This document shows positions 9,006-19,269 of a stretch of 64,000 bases of DNA, in pieces. The stretch spans positions 64,001-128,000 of the forward strand of contig JBFOMH010000004.1 in the NCBI GenBank assembly GCA_040830765.1, in the 5' to 3' direction. Positions within the stretch are counted from its first letter, which is position 1. Every line of letters starts with the position of its first letter. The notes under the pieces are model-generated. The model worked only from the letters and a program-made list of their open reading frames with translations, had not been told where the DNA came from and did no database searches. The translations under genes and the position numbers were made by a program. The stretch is from Puniceicoccaceae bacterium (GTDB taxonomy: Bacteria; Verrucomicrobiota; Verrucomicrobiia; Opitutales; Oceanipulchritudinaceae).

Positions 9006-12000
9006 TTGAGTCAACAATTCAAAGAGGCATTCTGCTTAGTAGAGATGGAGGAGCCCCATGAGAAGGCAACGGATGCTCGTGAAGATGCGTTGGGAGATTC
9101 GGATCAAGCGAAATTCCCCAGCCTGCTTGATTACAGTATTCATGAGCTCTTTCTACAACAGGTTACCCTTCATCCCGGTGCTATCGCCATTGAGGATGGG
9201 GAAGAAATACTAACCTACCAGGAGCTGGATGTGCGCGTCCATGCCCTTGCGAGCATCCTCATACAAGAAGGTGTAGGATACCGACAAAGAGTTGGCGTAC
9301 ATTTGCACCGATCCAGTACATATGTCGTCAGCTTGTTGGCTATTTTGAGGGTTGGAGCGACCTACGTTCCCCTACCAGAGGACTATCCCAAAGAACGCAT
9401 ATCCTACATTATCCAGGATGCAGACATAGGTGCCGTGCTTTCCAGTGGAGCCCTGCCTGCATTCTTGAGGCAATCCGGCTTGGTTGTCATTGACCCCGGT
9501 CAAGTGGTCACCTTGGACGATTCCAGGCATGATAAGGAAATCGCTACCGAAGTCACCGGGAAAGATCCTGCCTACATTATGTATACCTCCGGTTCAACGG
9601 GAACACCCAAAGGCGTTATAATTCCTCACAAAGGTGTTATCCGGCTCGTAAAGGAACAAAGTTATGCCCGATTCACTCCGGAGGCCAAGTTCCTCTTTCT
9701 GTCCTCCCCTGCCTTTGATGCATCCACATTCGAAATATGGGGTGCCCTCCTGAATGGTGGGACCTGCGTGATTCATTCCGCCCGGTATCTAGATCTCGAT
9801 GAGCTAAAAAAAACTATCCGCCAGCACAAAGTCACGACGACCTGGCTGACCTCCGGGCTCTTCAATACAATAATCGATACGGACCCTTCGATGATTCAAA
9901 CCGTCGAACATGTCCTCACCGGAGGGGAGGCCCTATCTCCAGGTCATGTTGCCAAAGCCCTCCAGATCTTCCCAAAGCTGCGTTTAACCAATGGTTATGG
10001 TCCAACAGAATCCACCACCTTCGCATTGACACACGAAATTTGTAGCGAAGATATCGAACGGGCTTCCATACCCATTGGCAGACCCATTAACAACACGAAT
10101 GCTTACATCCTGGATAGGGAGGGGCAGCCTGTAGGGCCTGGTTGCGCAGGGGAGCTTTATCTTGGCGGAGCCGGCCTTGCCATAGGTTATCTTAACCAAC
10201 CAGAGTTAACTGCAGACAAGTTCATTCTGGATCCCTCTTCTGCTACACAGACGACAAGGCTTTATAAGACGGGTGACCGTGTTCGTTTTATCGATGATAG
10301 TGTTATTGAGTTTCTCGGAAGAGAAGATGCCTTGATCAAGATCCGAGGATTCAGGATCGAATTGGGGGAAATTGAAACGGCGTTAAGCAAGCATTCAAAA
10401 ATCCTACAGGCCGCGGCTAATCCGGTTAAAAACGATGAAGGGACAGTCATCAGCATTAGGGCCTATTTTGTTTCGAAGCAGAATTCCTCGATTCCATCCG
10501 AGGAAGAGTTGAGGGAATTCCTACGGACTCAACTTCCCAAATATGCGATTCCGGATCGGCTGGTTTGCATTCCAGAAATTCCCCTTACTGCTAATGGAAA
10601 GGTCAACCGGGACGCTCTTGCAGGCTTCCATACCGAACGGATGATTCATCCACCTGCAATCGAACCTCCGCGTACGCCTGAGGAAGAAGCTCTGGCAGGA
10701 ATCTGGAAGGACCTGCTCGGGTTGGAAGCCATCGGGCCCGATGATGACTTTTTTTCCCTTGGTGGTGAATCCCTGCTCGCAACCCAGCTTGTTTCCCGCA
10801 TCCGATCGCAGTTCAAGAGGAAGTTCACGGTAGCTGATCTGTTTCATAATCCAACAATCAATGAAATTTCCTCACACCTTTCCACCGCCGAGAAGCTACA
10901 GGAATCCCGGAAGGTCCTCCAAGAGACGAATCCCGGGTTGAATCGCTTTCCCCTTTCCTATTCCCAGGAAGGTCTGTGGTTTACAAATGCGATGGAGGAA
11001 GGCCTGCTCAGGAACAATATCGCGGACGGCCTTTCGCTGGAAGGAGCTCTTGACAAGGCAAGCCTTATGCAGGCAATTGAATTTCTTGTCGCACGCCACG
11101 AGTCCTTCCGGCTCCGATTCGACGTGGAGAATGGATTGCCGGTACAGTACCTGACAGATGATCCAGGGAAAATTTTTGAATTTGACGACTTTAGTGAACT
11201 CGAGGTGCGCAACAGTGAGCAGCGGGTAGAGAAACACTTGCGAAATGCCCAGGAGCAGGCCTTCGACATGAAGAACGGACCACTCTTCAAATTTCACTTG
11301 ATCAAGCTCTCAGAGGACCGCCATCTGCTTTTCTGGGTCTGCCATCACATAGTCGCGGATGGCTGGTCATTCAGTTTGCTGAAGCACGAGATCGGGGCCT
11401 GTTACGACGCATACTCACAAGGACGGAAACCAGCGTTATCCGAATTGAAAGTCCAGTATTCGGACTTCTGTCTTTGGCAGCGGGAAACTTTGAAGGGGAA
11501 CGAACTGGAGCGCCAGGCCAACTACTGGACCAAGCAACTGCAAGACGCCCCCCAGTTGGCACTGCCCACGGATCAGCCAGCAACGGCGCGGTCTTCATTC
11601 GCCGGGAAGGAACATAGGTTCAAGATTCCCACGGAACTATCCGGGCAAATTGCAAAATACAACATGGCTGAAGGGATTACGCCTTATATCAGCCTTATGG
11701 CTGCCTTTCAGGTTCTGCTTTTCCGTTACACGGCCCAAACGGATATTGTCACCGGCACACCTGTTGCTAACCGGCAACAAGAAGAATTTGAGCGCGTCAT
11801 GGGCCTTTTCGTCAATACGCTTGTGATGCGACTGGACCTGTCCGGGTCACCGAACTTCACAGAAGTCATTCGACGTTTCAAAGAGGTGACAATTGCCGCC
11901 CACAGTCATCAGGACCTTGCCTTCAGCAAACTGGTTGAGCACTTGAATCCACCTAGACAGGTCAATCGCCATCCCATCTTTCAGGTGGCCATGGCGGTTC

Positions 12001-14906
12001 AAGATATGCCATTTCCGGCCCCGGCGTTCAAGGCACTTACCGTATCGGATTACCCGGTGAGCGAAGTGATGACCCAGTTTGACCTGGAGCTGCATTTACG
12101 CAATGAGGGAGGTAGCTGGCAGGGGAAGTTCATTTACCGGAAAGACCTGTTCAAAGCGGGAACCATTGAGCGCATGGCGAGCCACTTCTGTAACTTACTC
12201 GAAAATCTTCTCGATAACCCCCAGCAGCCTGTCTCAGAAATAAATCTGTTGTGCGATGAGGAGCGAGAGGTAATCCTCAAGGAGTGGAGCAATGCCAGTC
12301 CACTTGTCCCCATCAAGGACTCCGTTCACTCGATGTTTGAACATCAGGTTTCGGTCTCAAAGGATGCTCCGGCATTGATTGAGAATTCCAGGACATTGAC
12401 TTATGTGCAACTGAACCACCATGCAAACCTGCTGGCTGCAAGGCTCCAGGAATCAGGAGTTGAATCCGGACAAATGGTCGGAATTTACCTGGACCGCTCA
12501 ATAGAATTTATTGTCAGCCTTCTGGCAGTCATGAAAGTCGGGGGTATTTATGTCCCCCTGGCAACGGATTATCCTGAGAGTCGATTAAGGTTCATGGTGG
12601 AGGATGCTGGAATCCGTGTGATTCTGGCTAGGAATGCACTCCCAGCGTGGATGCAGGAAGACCGGTTTACGCACTTGGATCCAGCTGATTCTGGGAATGA
12701 CCCTCTGTTCGGAACTGAATTCGAATCCATACCGGGTGAAGGGGACACTCCTGCTTATCTCATGTACACTTCCGGTTCTACGGGGAATCCCAAGGGTGTC
12801 CTTATACCCCATCACGGAATCATCCGGCTGGTCAAGGACCAGGCATATGCGGAATTTGGACAGGATAGACGATTCCTATTTCACTCTTCTCCGTCCTTTG
12901 ATGCCTCCACATTCGAAATTTGGGGGCCCTTGTTGAATGGGGGTGCCTGTGTGGTTTCCGAGAAAAGGCACAACAGCCTGCACGACTTGAAGGAGACCAT
13001 TTGCCGACATAAGGTTAGCACGATTTTTTTAACTACGGGTTTGTTTAATCTGCTCGTAGATACCCTTCCAGAGGCGCTGGCAACGGTTGACCATGTCCTC
13101 ACCGGAGGTGAGGCGCTGTCACCTTCCCATACCCGGAAACTGCTGGAAAAATTTCCCGGCCTTAGGCTAACAAACTGCTATGGCCCCACGGAGTGCACAA
13201 CGTTCGCACTAACCCATGATATATCAGCAGAAGACCCATCCACCTACTCCGCTCCTCTTGGAATACCTATTGGGAACACTGAGACCTATATCCTGGATTC
13301 ATCAGGAAATCCCGTCCCCGCAGGGATTCCGGGAGAACTGTGCCTTGGCGGGCAGGGTTTGGCACTGGAGTATCACAATAACGCGGAAACCACTTCTGAG
13401 AAATTTGTCGCTCATCCCTTTTCAGAAGATCCCAGTGTACACCTCTATCGGACAGGAGACCTGTGCCGCTACCGGGAAAACGGATTTCTTGAATTTATTG
13501 GGCGGATGGATCGTCAGGTTAAAATCCGGGGATTCCGGGTGGAAATGGGGGAAATAGAATCCGCCATAAAGGCCTATCCGGGTATTTCTCAGACTATTGC
13601 TGTGTCCAACCGACCCACCGGCGAATCGATCTCCATCGTCATTTATTATACTGTTATGGATAGTACGAAAGTTCCCCCGGTAGAGGAACTGAGAGATTTC
13701 ATGGCTCAACGAGTCCCGGATTATGCCATCCCGTCAGCTTTTGTCCAACTGGATGCGTTGCCCTTGACTCCGAATGGAAAGATAGACCTGGAAGCATTAC
13801 CTGAAGCAGACTATTTGTCAGCGGACAAGAATGAATCCCTGGACATCCCGGGCTCAAAGGAGGAAGAGGAATTACTCCAGATTTGGAAAAAAATCCTAGG
13901 AACCGAAAATATTGGTCTTCATGACAATTTCTTCGCCCTCGGCGGGCACTCCCTTCTGGCCACAAAAATGATTGCAGCGATTGAACAAGAGCTGGGTGCC
14001 AGGCTCTCCATAGCCTCTCTTTTTGAGGCTCCCACGGTCAAAGGTCTCGCGAAAAGTGTTGCTGCAAAAAGTGCTAGCAACAAAGACAAATCTCTTGTCA
14101 AACTACAAGCTGAGGGGAGCCTTTCTCCCCTATTTTGCCTCCATGGCATGCGTGGCGATCTTTACGCCTTTGTTGACCTGGCAAAACACCTTGGTCCTGA
14201 GCGCCCAGTCTACGGACTACAAGCCCTTGGCTGGGAAGAAGGTGCCCCAAGGCACACCAGCGTTGAAGAAATGGCAGGTCATTATGCCAGTGAGATATTG
14301 GCGATTCAGCCCTCGGGACCATATAATCTCCTTGGATTTTCCGCCGGCGGATGGGTTGCCTTTGCAGTCGCACAGAGACTGCACCAGCAGGGGCATGATA
14401 TTAACTTGTACATGTATGATACCCACTTCCTGACCGCACAGGTTCCCTACTTAGCCTATGCGGTGGGTCGATGCCTGGACTTGTTGGAATGGATACCGCA
14501 TCACGTTACGCGGTTCCTGCAGCAGCCACGGGGCAAAAAACTGGCCTACATAAGAAACCGGCTCGATTGGTTCAGCAAAATGCTACCTTCTAAACAATCT
14601 GAGACATTCGCTGGCAGAACGCGCAAGAGTCCCAAGGAAGAGGATTTGTCGAATGACTATTTCATTCGGGTGATTTCCCAATTCAAACCTGCCATCTACA
14701 GCGGTGGACTGACACTCCTGAGCGACTCAAAGGTAAAAACATACAAACTCAACCTATGGAGATTCCTGATACGCGGAAAACTTGAGGTGCACTATGTCGG
14801 AGGGGGTCACACGGGGATTTTTGACCCGAATTATGTTCGTATCATCGCCGATCTTTTCAGGAAATTGTTAAGCAGGCACGACGAACCATCAGTAGTAAGA
14901 AAATGA
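9006..14906 (+). CDS. Bimodular non-ribosomal peptide synthetase, A-T-C-A-T-TE
   Basis: A1: YTSGSTGTPKG, YGPTE, LYKTGD, NGKVNR. T1: FFSLGGES. C: HHIVADGWS. A2: YTSGSTGNPKG, LYRTGD, NGKIDL. T2: FFALGGHS. TE: GFSAGG and GGGHTGIF. Start is TTG 9006 or ATG 9045. Confidence 0.95.
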   Translation: MSQQFKEAFCLVEMEEPHEKATDAREDALGDSDQAKFPSLLDYSIHELFLQQVTLHPGAIAIEDGEEILTYQELDVRVHALASILIQEGVGYRQRVGVHLHRSSTYVVSLLAILRVGATYVPLPEDYPKERISYIIQDADIGAVLSSGALPAFLRQSGLVVIDPGQVVTLDDSRHDKEIATEVTGKDPAYIMYTSGSTGTPKGVIIPHKGVIRLVKEQSYARFTPEAKFLFLSSPAFDASTFEIWGALLNGGTCVIHSARYLDLDELKKTIRQHKVTTTWLTSGLFNTIIDTDPSMIQTVEHVLTGGEALSPGHVAKALQIFPKLRLTNGYGPTESTTFALTHEICSEDIERASIPIGRPINNTNAYILDREGQPVGPGCAGELYLGGAGLAIGYLNQPELTADKFILDPSSATQTTRLYKTGDRVRFIDDSVIEFLGREDALIKIRGFRIELGEIETALSKHSKILQAAANPVKNDEGTVISIRAYFVSKQNSSIPSEEELREFLRTQLPKYAIPDRLVCIPEIPLTANGKVNRDALAGFHTERMIHPPAIEPPRTPEEEALAGIWKDLLGLEAIGPDDDFFSLGGESLLATQLVSRIRSQFKRKFTVADLFHNPTINEISSHLSTAEKLQESRKVLQETNPGLNRFPLSYSQEGLWFTNAMEEGLLRNNIADGLSLEGALDKASLMQAIEFLVARHESFRLRFDVENGLPVQYLTDDPGKIFEFDDFSELEVRNSEQRVEKHLRNAQEQAFDMKNGPLFKFHLIKLSEDRHLLFWVCHHIVADGWSFSLLKHEIGACYDAYSQGRKPALSELKVQYSDFCLWQRETLKGNELERQANYWTKQLQDAPQLALPTDQPATARSSFAGKEHRFKIPTELSGQIAKYNMAEGITPYISLMAAFQVLLFRYTAQTDIVTGTPVANRQQEEFERVMGLFVNTLVMRLDLSGSPNFTEVIRRFKEVTIAAHSHQDLAFSKLVEHLNPPRQVNRHPIFQVAMAVQDMPFPAPAFKALTVSDYPVSEVMTQFDLELHLRNEGGSWQGKFIYRKDLFKAGTIERMASHFCNLLENLLDNPQQPVSEINLLCDEEREVILKEWSNASPLVPIKDSVHSMFEHQVSVSKDAPALIENSRTLTYVQLNHHANLLAARLQESGVESGQMVGIYLDRSIEFIVSLLAVMKVGGIYVPLATDYPESRLRFMVEDAGIRVILARNALPAWMQEDRFTHLDPADSGNDPLFGTEFESIPGEGDTPAYLMYTSGSTGNPKGVLIPHHGIIRLVKDQAYAEFGQDRRFLFHSSPSFDASTFEIWGPLLNGGACVVSEKRHNSLHDLKETICRHKVSTIFLTTGLFNLLVDTLPEALATVDHVLTGGEALSPSHTRKLLEKFPGLRLTNCYGPTECTTFALTHDISAEDPSTYSAPLGIPIGNTETYILDSSGNPVPAGIPGELCLGGQGLALEYHNNAETTSEKFVAHPFSEDPSVHLYRTGDLCRYRENGFLEFIGRMDRQVKIRGFRVEMGEIESAIKAYPGISQTIAVSNRPTGESISIVIYYTVMDSTKVPPVEELRDFMAQRVPDYAIPSAFVQLDALPLTPNGKIDLEALPEADYLSADKNESLDIPGSKEEEELLQIWKKILGTENIGLHDNFFALGGHSLLATKMIAAIEQELGARLSIASLFEAPTVKGLAKSVAAKSASNKDKSLVKLQAEGSLSPLFCLHGMRGDLYAFVDLAKHLGPERPVYGLQALGWEEGAPRHTSVEEMAGHYASEILAIQPSGPYNLLGFSAGGWVAFAVAQRLHQQGHDINLYMYDTHFLTAQVPYLAYAVGRCLDLLEWIPHHVTRFLQQPRGKKLAYIRNRLDWFSKMLPSKQSETFAGRTRKSPKEEDLSNDYFIRVISQFKPAIYSGGLTLLSDSKVKTYKLNLWRFLIRGKLEVHYVGGGHTGIFDPNYVRIIADLFRKLLSRHDEPSVVRK

Positions 14907-14909
14907 ACA

Positions 14910-14938
14910 AGCCTGTCTCTCATGGCGTGAGGCAGGCT
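14910..14938. terminator. Hairpin between convergent genes (possible terminator; weak U-tract)
   Basis: AGCCTGTCTC...GAGGCAGGCT just after the NRPS stop. Confidence 0.4.
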
Positions 14939-14978
14939 CAAGATTTTGGAAGCTCTCAAAGCTTCCTCAAGTAGTCAG

Positions 14979-17966
14979 TCAGTTCGGCTGGCTTTCCAGG
15001 GTCTGGAGGATGAGGTCGTTCAGTTCCTCCCCGCTCAACGCAGCATCCCAAATCGACAAGTCATCAATCTCAGCCTGAAGTGGATGCAGGGAACGTACCT
15101 GCCGCCCAAGGTATACGGTCGTCCCACGAACCTGGCCAATGCCATTCGAATCATGCTGGGCCCAAATCCGAGCGCCGTTACCGGATGCCACATGAACCCC
15201 GTTGAGATAAAGATGCAGGGAGTCCGAAGCAAGAGCATCATTGCCGTCAAGGACGAGGGCGATGTGGTTCCACTCGTCAACCAGGAGGCGTCCAGCATTG
15301 AGTGTTGTTCCAGACCAGTTCGATTCACCAGATGGCCGGTTCCACCCGTTGGCCTGCAGGAATCCCCGATCAAGGATGAGGTTTAGCCCCCGCCAGTAGC
15401 CACCCTGCTCATAAATGATGGAGGTGTTGGACAAAGTAGCAGCTACCGGGCGTATCCAGAGGGAAATGGTGTAGGTAGCCTGATCCCCCATGTTAATGGT
15501 CTCGGAGTCCGGGATTTGCAGCCCCTGGTGTGCCCCTGAAAAACTGATCCCCCGGCTGGCAGGGCCAATACCCATTGTCTCAACTGCTGATTCCGAGGCA
15601 ATCGGAAGAGGGCTTTGTCCAAGATCAGGAAAGTATCCTCCCTCAGCCGTGTCAAAACTCCACATGTGCAAGGGCTCCAGAAGGGTTCCGGTTGTGGAGT
15701 CATTCCCCGCATCAACAAAGGTCAGGATGCCGTTCGCGTCCTTAATAACAGTCAGGGGCGATGATTCATCAGGATCATAGGTTCCACCATTGGGTGTTTT
15801 AATCGTCGCACTGTTGGCAAAACGAACGTGCTTATTGACATGCAGGGTGACTGGCACGTTGATCGCGATTCCGGAAAAGGTTTCGTAGACGGTCAATGCA
15901 TTTGGTGCAAGGGTCAGTTCTTCGTAACCTCTAGCCAGCAATTCGGTACCCTTGTTAACAACGTATTCTTCTGTTGTCGAAGGCGGTTTGTAATCGGCAA
16001 CAAACATTTTGCCATCTGCTCCCTTCTCGAGGATAATGGAAGCCCCTTTGTACAGGGTGTATCCTCGGGAGAAATTGTTCCAATCGCTTGGAATGAGTTC
16101 CGGACTTCTAATGCCGCTACCTTCAATCAATATTCTATGACCTGTGGGATAGCGTCCGACTTCGTTTAGGTTCAGGATATAACCATCATATTTAACATCC
16201 GTTATCCTGCAGTGGATTTCTGGGATAAAAATGTTATGAGGCTCGGCTTTGTAGTGCCAAATCGACATTGGTTTATAATCAATCCGTTGGTTGTTCATAA
16301 ACCAAGGAAGAATTCCCGATCCACTGAAAAGCTTAGACTGGTAAATAACATTATTCTCAACTGAAACATTGTGTACTTCCCGCGAGCCTGAATAAGCATC
16401 TGAGATGACATACTTTACTCGATTACCATCAAAGCCCTGAAAGGTATTTTCGCGTACAGTCCAATCCCTGCCTTCCCCTTTGCTCACGTAACTTAAAACA
16501 CCATATTCCATATTCCGGGAATGCGCCTCAAAGCTATTGTTATGAATGCTAACATTGTTGTATACTGGCGGAAGCTTGTATTGGTTTAAATGAGTGAAGT
16601 ATATTCCAACTTTTGTGTCCTTAACGATATTGTTTCTGATGGTTACGTTACTGGCAAAATCGCTTAGGAATACTCCTGCTTGTGAAGCATTTGAAAGCTC
16701 GCAGTTTTCAACCAGCAAATGCGCCTTTTCCGTTCCAAGATATACAATGCCAAACGGTCCAATATTGTTACTGATGGAAGTCCCGTAAATTTCGGAGAAG
16801 TGGCCGTCCATGGAAAAGTTCTCAATACCGTTGACCACGTTCCATATCTTACAGTTCCGCATCGTCATATTGGCTCCCATACTGACTGCACTCGCATTGG
16901 ACTCAAAGATGTCGCAATTCTCTATTAGGATTTCCGCATACTTTTCCCCGCCCTTGTAAAGGATTTCACCTCGCCAGCCATTAACGGAGCAATCCCGCAC
17001 TGAGATGTTGTACAATTCAGCGTGAGCAAAAGTGAATACGATGCACTTGTTTGAAATGTCCCATTCCTCCAAGTCCTGGTAAGGATTGTACCATCCATGC
17101 TTTCCATTAGCCGTGGTATTGCCACGCATCTCCAATCCTATCCAGTGAATATTACTGTACGGGCCCTTGCCAATTGGCGGATCCAACACAAAAAGGCTTC
17201 CGCGAAAATGCCTCCCGGTTACGCTTTTTGGTATGGCCGAATAAAGAATCGATTTTGAATCAACATCTACGGAGTAGTTCATGGGATCCTGTCCGGACCA
17301 AGCTTTAAAGGAAATACTGCTTAAGACCTTTCCTTCACCTTTGAAAGTTATGTTGTTGTGTTCCTGGGTAAGCAAAAATACCGCACCATTCAGGTTGTCA
17401 AAGCTGACGCGATACTCCAAATAGTATATTCCATCAATGCCATCTGAATCGGCAGGAGTACCCGAGGCAGAAATCCAGCCTTCACCCTTACCCTTGGCCA
17501 ACTCACCTTGAGTTACCCAGTTGGCAGCAATCTTTCTTGAGACTTTTCCATTACGCAGGTTGAGGTAGTAATGATTGTCTTCCCCAGCAGTGTTTTCCGG
17601 ATCATCCAAACCAAAATGCCATTGCTCTACGCTGTATTTGTATTTAACCCCATCCTTGAGTAGTTTCCAAGCTCCATCTTGCTTATGGTACAAGGAGACA
17701 ACTGCAGTTCCAGGCGGGGAAACATTGTAGATTCCCGCTGGGAAGTAGACAGTTCCACCCCCGTTCAATCGCGCTGCATCAATGGCTTCTGCTATTGCCC
17801 TGGTATCATCCGTCTCATCCTGCCCGTTGGCACCAAAAGTGGTTACGTCGAATAAATCCGGTGGCGTGCTCTCGGCATTTCCTGACAAGGCCAATGGAAT
17901 CAACGACAGAAGGAACGCAAGAGTTCGTTTGCACTGCAAAGGAAAGGGAGTGCTGCTTATGATCAT
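14979..17966 (-). CDS. Secreted right-handed beta-helix (pectate-lyase-3/glycanase-like) protein with a C-terminal LamG/ConA-like domain
   Basis: Signal peptide; FDVTTFGANGQDETDDTRAIAEAIDAA..GGGTVYFPAGIY; many (I/V)xNC/NN beta-helix repeats; C-terminal YTISLWIRP..IIYEQGG..WNHIALV..LYLNG..IDDLSIWDAALS. Confidence 0.8.
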   Translation of the reverse strand: MIISSTPFPLQCKRTLAFLLSLIPLALSGNAESTPPDLFDVTTFGANGQDETDDTRAIAEAIDAARLNGGGTVYFPAGIYNVSPPGTAVVSLYHKQDGAWKLLKDGVKYKYSVEQWHFGLDDPENTAGEDNHYYLNLRNGKVSRKIAANWVTQGELAKGKGEGWISASGTPADSDGIDGIYYLEYRVSFDNLNGAVFLLTQEHNNITFKGEGKVLSSISFKAWSGQDPMNYSVDVDSKSILYSAIPKSVTGRHFRGSLFVLDPPIGKGPYSNIHWIGLEMRGNTTANGKHGWYNPYQDLEEWDISNKCIVFTFAHAELYNISVRDCSVNGWRGEILYKGGEKYAEILIENCDIFESNASAVSMGANMTMRNCKIWNVVNGIENFSMDGHFSEIYGTSISNNIGPFGIVYLGTEKAHLLVENCELSNASQAGVFLSDFASNVTIRNNIVKDTKVGIYFTHLNQYKLPPVYNNVSIHNNSFEAHSRNMEYGVLSYVSKGEGRDWTVRENTFQGFDGNRVKYVISDAYSGSREVHNVSVENNVIYQSKLFSGSGILPWFMNNQRIDYKPMSIWHYKAEPHNIFIPEIHCRITDVKYDGYILNLNEVGRYPTGHRILIEGSGIRSPELIPSDWNNFSRGYTLYKGASIILEKGADGKMFVADYKPPSTTEEYVVNKGTELLARGYEELTLAPNALTVYETFSGIAINVPVTLHVNKHVRFANSATIKTPNGGTYDPDESSPLTVIKDANGILTFVDAGNDSTTGTLLEPLHMWSFDTAEGGYFPDLGQSPLPIASESAVETMGIGPASRGISFSGAHQGLQIPDSETINMGDQATYTISLWIRPVAATLSNTSIIYEQGGYWRGLNLILDRGFLQANGWNRPSGESNWSGTTLNAGRLLVDEWNHIALVLDGNDALASDSLHLYLNGVHVASGNGARIWAQHDSNGIGQVRGTTVYLGRQVRSLHPLQAEIDDLSIWDAALSGEELNDLILQTLESQPN

Positions 17967-18075
17967 GCCATAAACAATACACCCCCTTTTGAGAATTCTA
18001 AGCGAACCTTACAAGAGCTTTAAATATTCATAACAATTTGACAAATTCCAGAAAACGAAGAATTCGGTCAATCCC

Positions 18076-19269
18076 CTACACCAATGATTGGTCAAAATCC
18101 TGTGATATGAGGGTATCCATCACAATTCGGGCATTTTTTTGCCAGGAAAACTCCTGCCTGTAGGACTCCCAGCCCCATTCAAGTTTCCTAGTTTTGATTT
18201 CTCTAAGTCCCCGTCTTATTTCCTCAACAGAATCCGGTGAGATCCAAATCCCAATGCCAAATTTCTCGATGATCAACTTCAGGAGTATGGATCCACTAGA
18301 ACCAATCACGGGAATCTGAAAGTGGGTTGCCGTGTTTAGGACACCGCTGGCGGAATTGAACCGCTGGCTGTATGTCAGCAACAAGACATCGCTTATCCTG
18401 AAATATTTCCACACTTCACTGTCAGGAATATACTCGTGAAACCAATGACATCTGTCCGCAATTCCAAGCTCATTTGCAATGGCCTTGTAATAGGCAATCG
18501 GTTTTTGTGATGAGGATTGCTCGCGTCCGGCAACAATCAAGTGATATTGCGGGAAATCCCTTAAGGCATTAAGGACCAGATCGAGATTCTTATCATCTCG
18601 AATGTGCCCGAAACACAATAGGTACTTTGCCTGAGGATCCAAGTTCCATTCGCCAAGGATTACTTCCCGATTAACATCTCCTGATGGATATTCATAGATT
18701 CCATGAGGAACAACGCAGTAGTTTAAATTCACCTTAGAGGAAGATGGAAAATGCTTCACGGGATCGTGGACAAAGGCGACATCAACTAAGTTAAACGCTA
18801 GGCGGAGACACCAGTTATGAAAGATAACCGGACCAATAACAAAGTCCCGGATGGGATCATGAAGCATTATCCCGATTTTTAGCCCTCGCTTTTTCAGCTG
18901 TTTGAATGGTTCATACCAAAATGGAGACCAATATTCCTCGAAGCTTCCAATCAGGAGGCGTCTTGCTCCCCTACCCTCAAGTTGACTTGCCAACCAACGC
19001 CATCGCCTGACACTTCGTATGGCTCTAGAATACCGGGACCCAGCAAAAGACTTGGAATCCACTCTTTGGATGAGACTGTCTGGAAATGGACAATAGTCCT
19101 CACCTAAACGTCTACGCAGGTTAGAGTTTTCCTTCAATTGTCCAAGGACCTTAACGCAGCATCCAGCATCAAGTAACGCTGCTATCTGGCGTTCGGAGTA
19201 CTCCGCCAATCCTCCCTGTGGAGTACTGGTATAATAATATATTATTGTCGATTCCGAAGACTGGTTCAT
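18076..19269 (-). CDS. Glycosyltransferase, GT4 family
   Basis: VVPHGIY, LCFGHIRDDKNLD, SASGVLNTATHFQIPVIGS (GT-B fold). Confidence 0.85.
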   Translation of the reverse strand: MNQSSESTIIYYYTSTPQGGLAEYSERQIAALLDAGCCVKVLGQLKENSNLRRRLGEDYCPFPDSLIQRVDSKSFAGSRYSRAIRSVRRWRWLASQLEGRGARRLLIGSFEEYWSPFWYEPFKQLKKRGLKIGIMLHDPIRDFVIGPVIFHNWCLRLAFNLVDVAFVHDPVKHFPSSSKVNLNYCVVPHGIYEYPSGDVNREVILGEWNLDPQAKYLLCFGHIRDDKNLDLVLNALRDFPQYHLIVAGREQSSSQKPIAYYKAIANELGIADRCHWFHEYIPDSEVWKYFRISDVLLLTYSQRFNSASGVLNTATHFQIPVIGSSGSILLKLIIEKFGIGIWISPDSVEEIRRGLREIKTRKLEWGWESYRQEFSWQKNARIVMDTLISQDFDQSLV

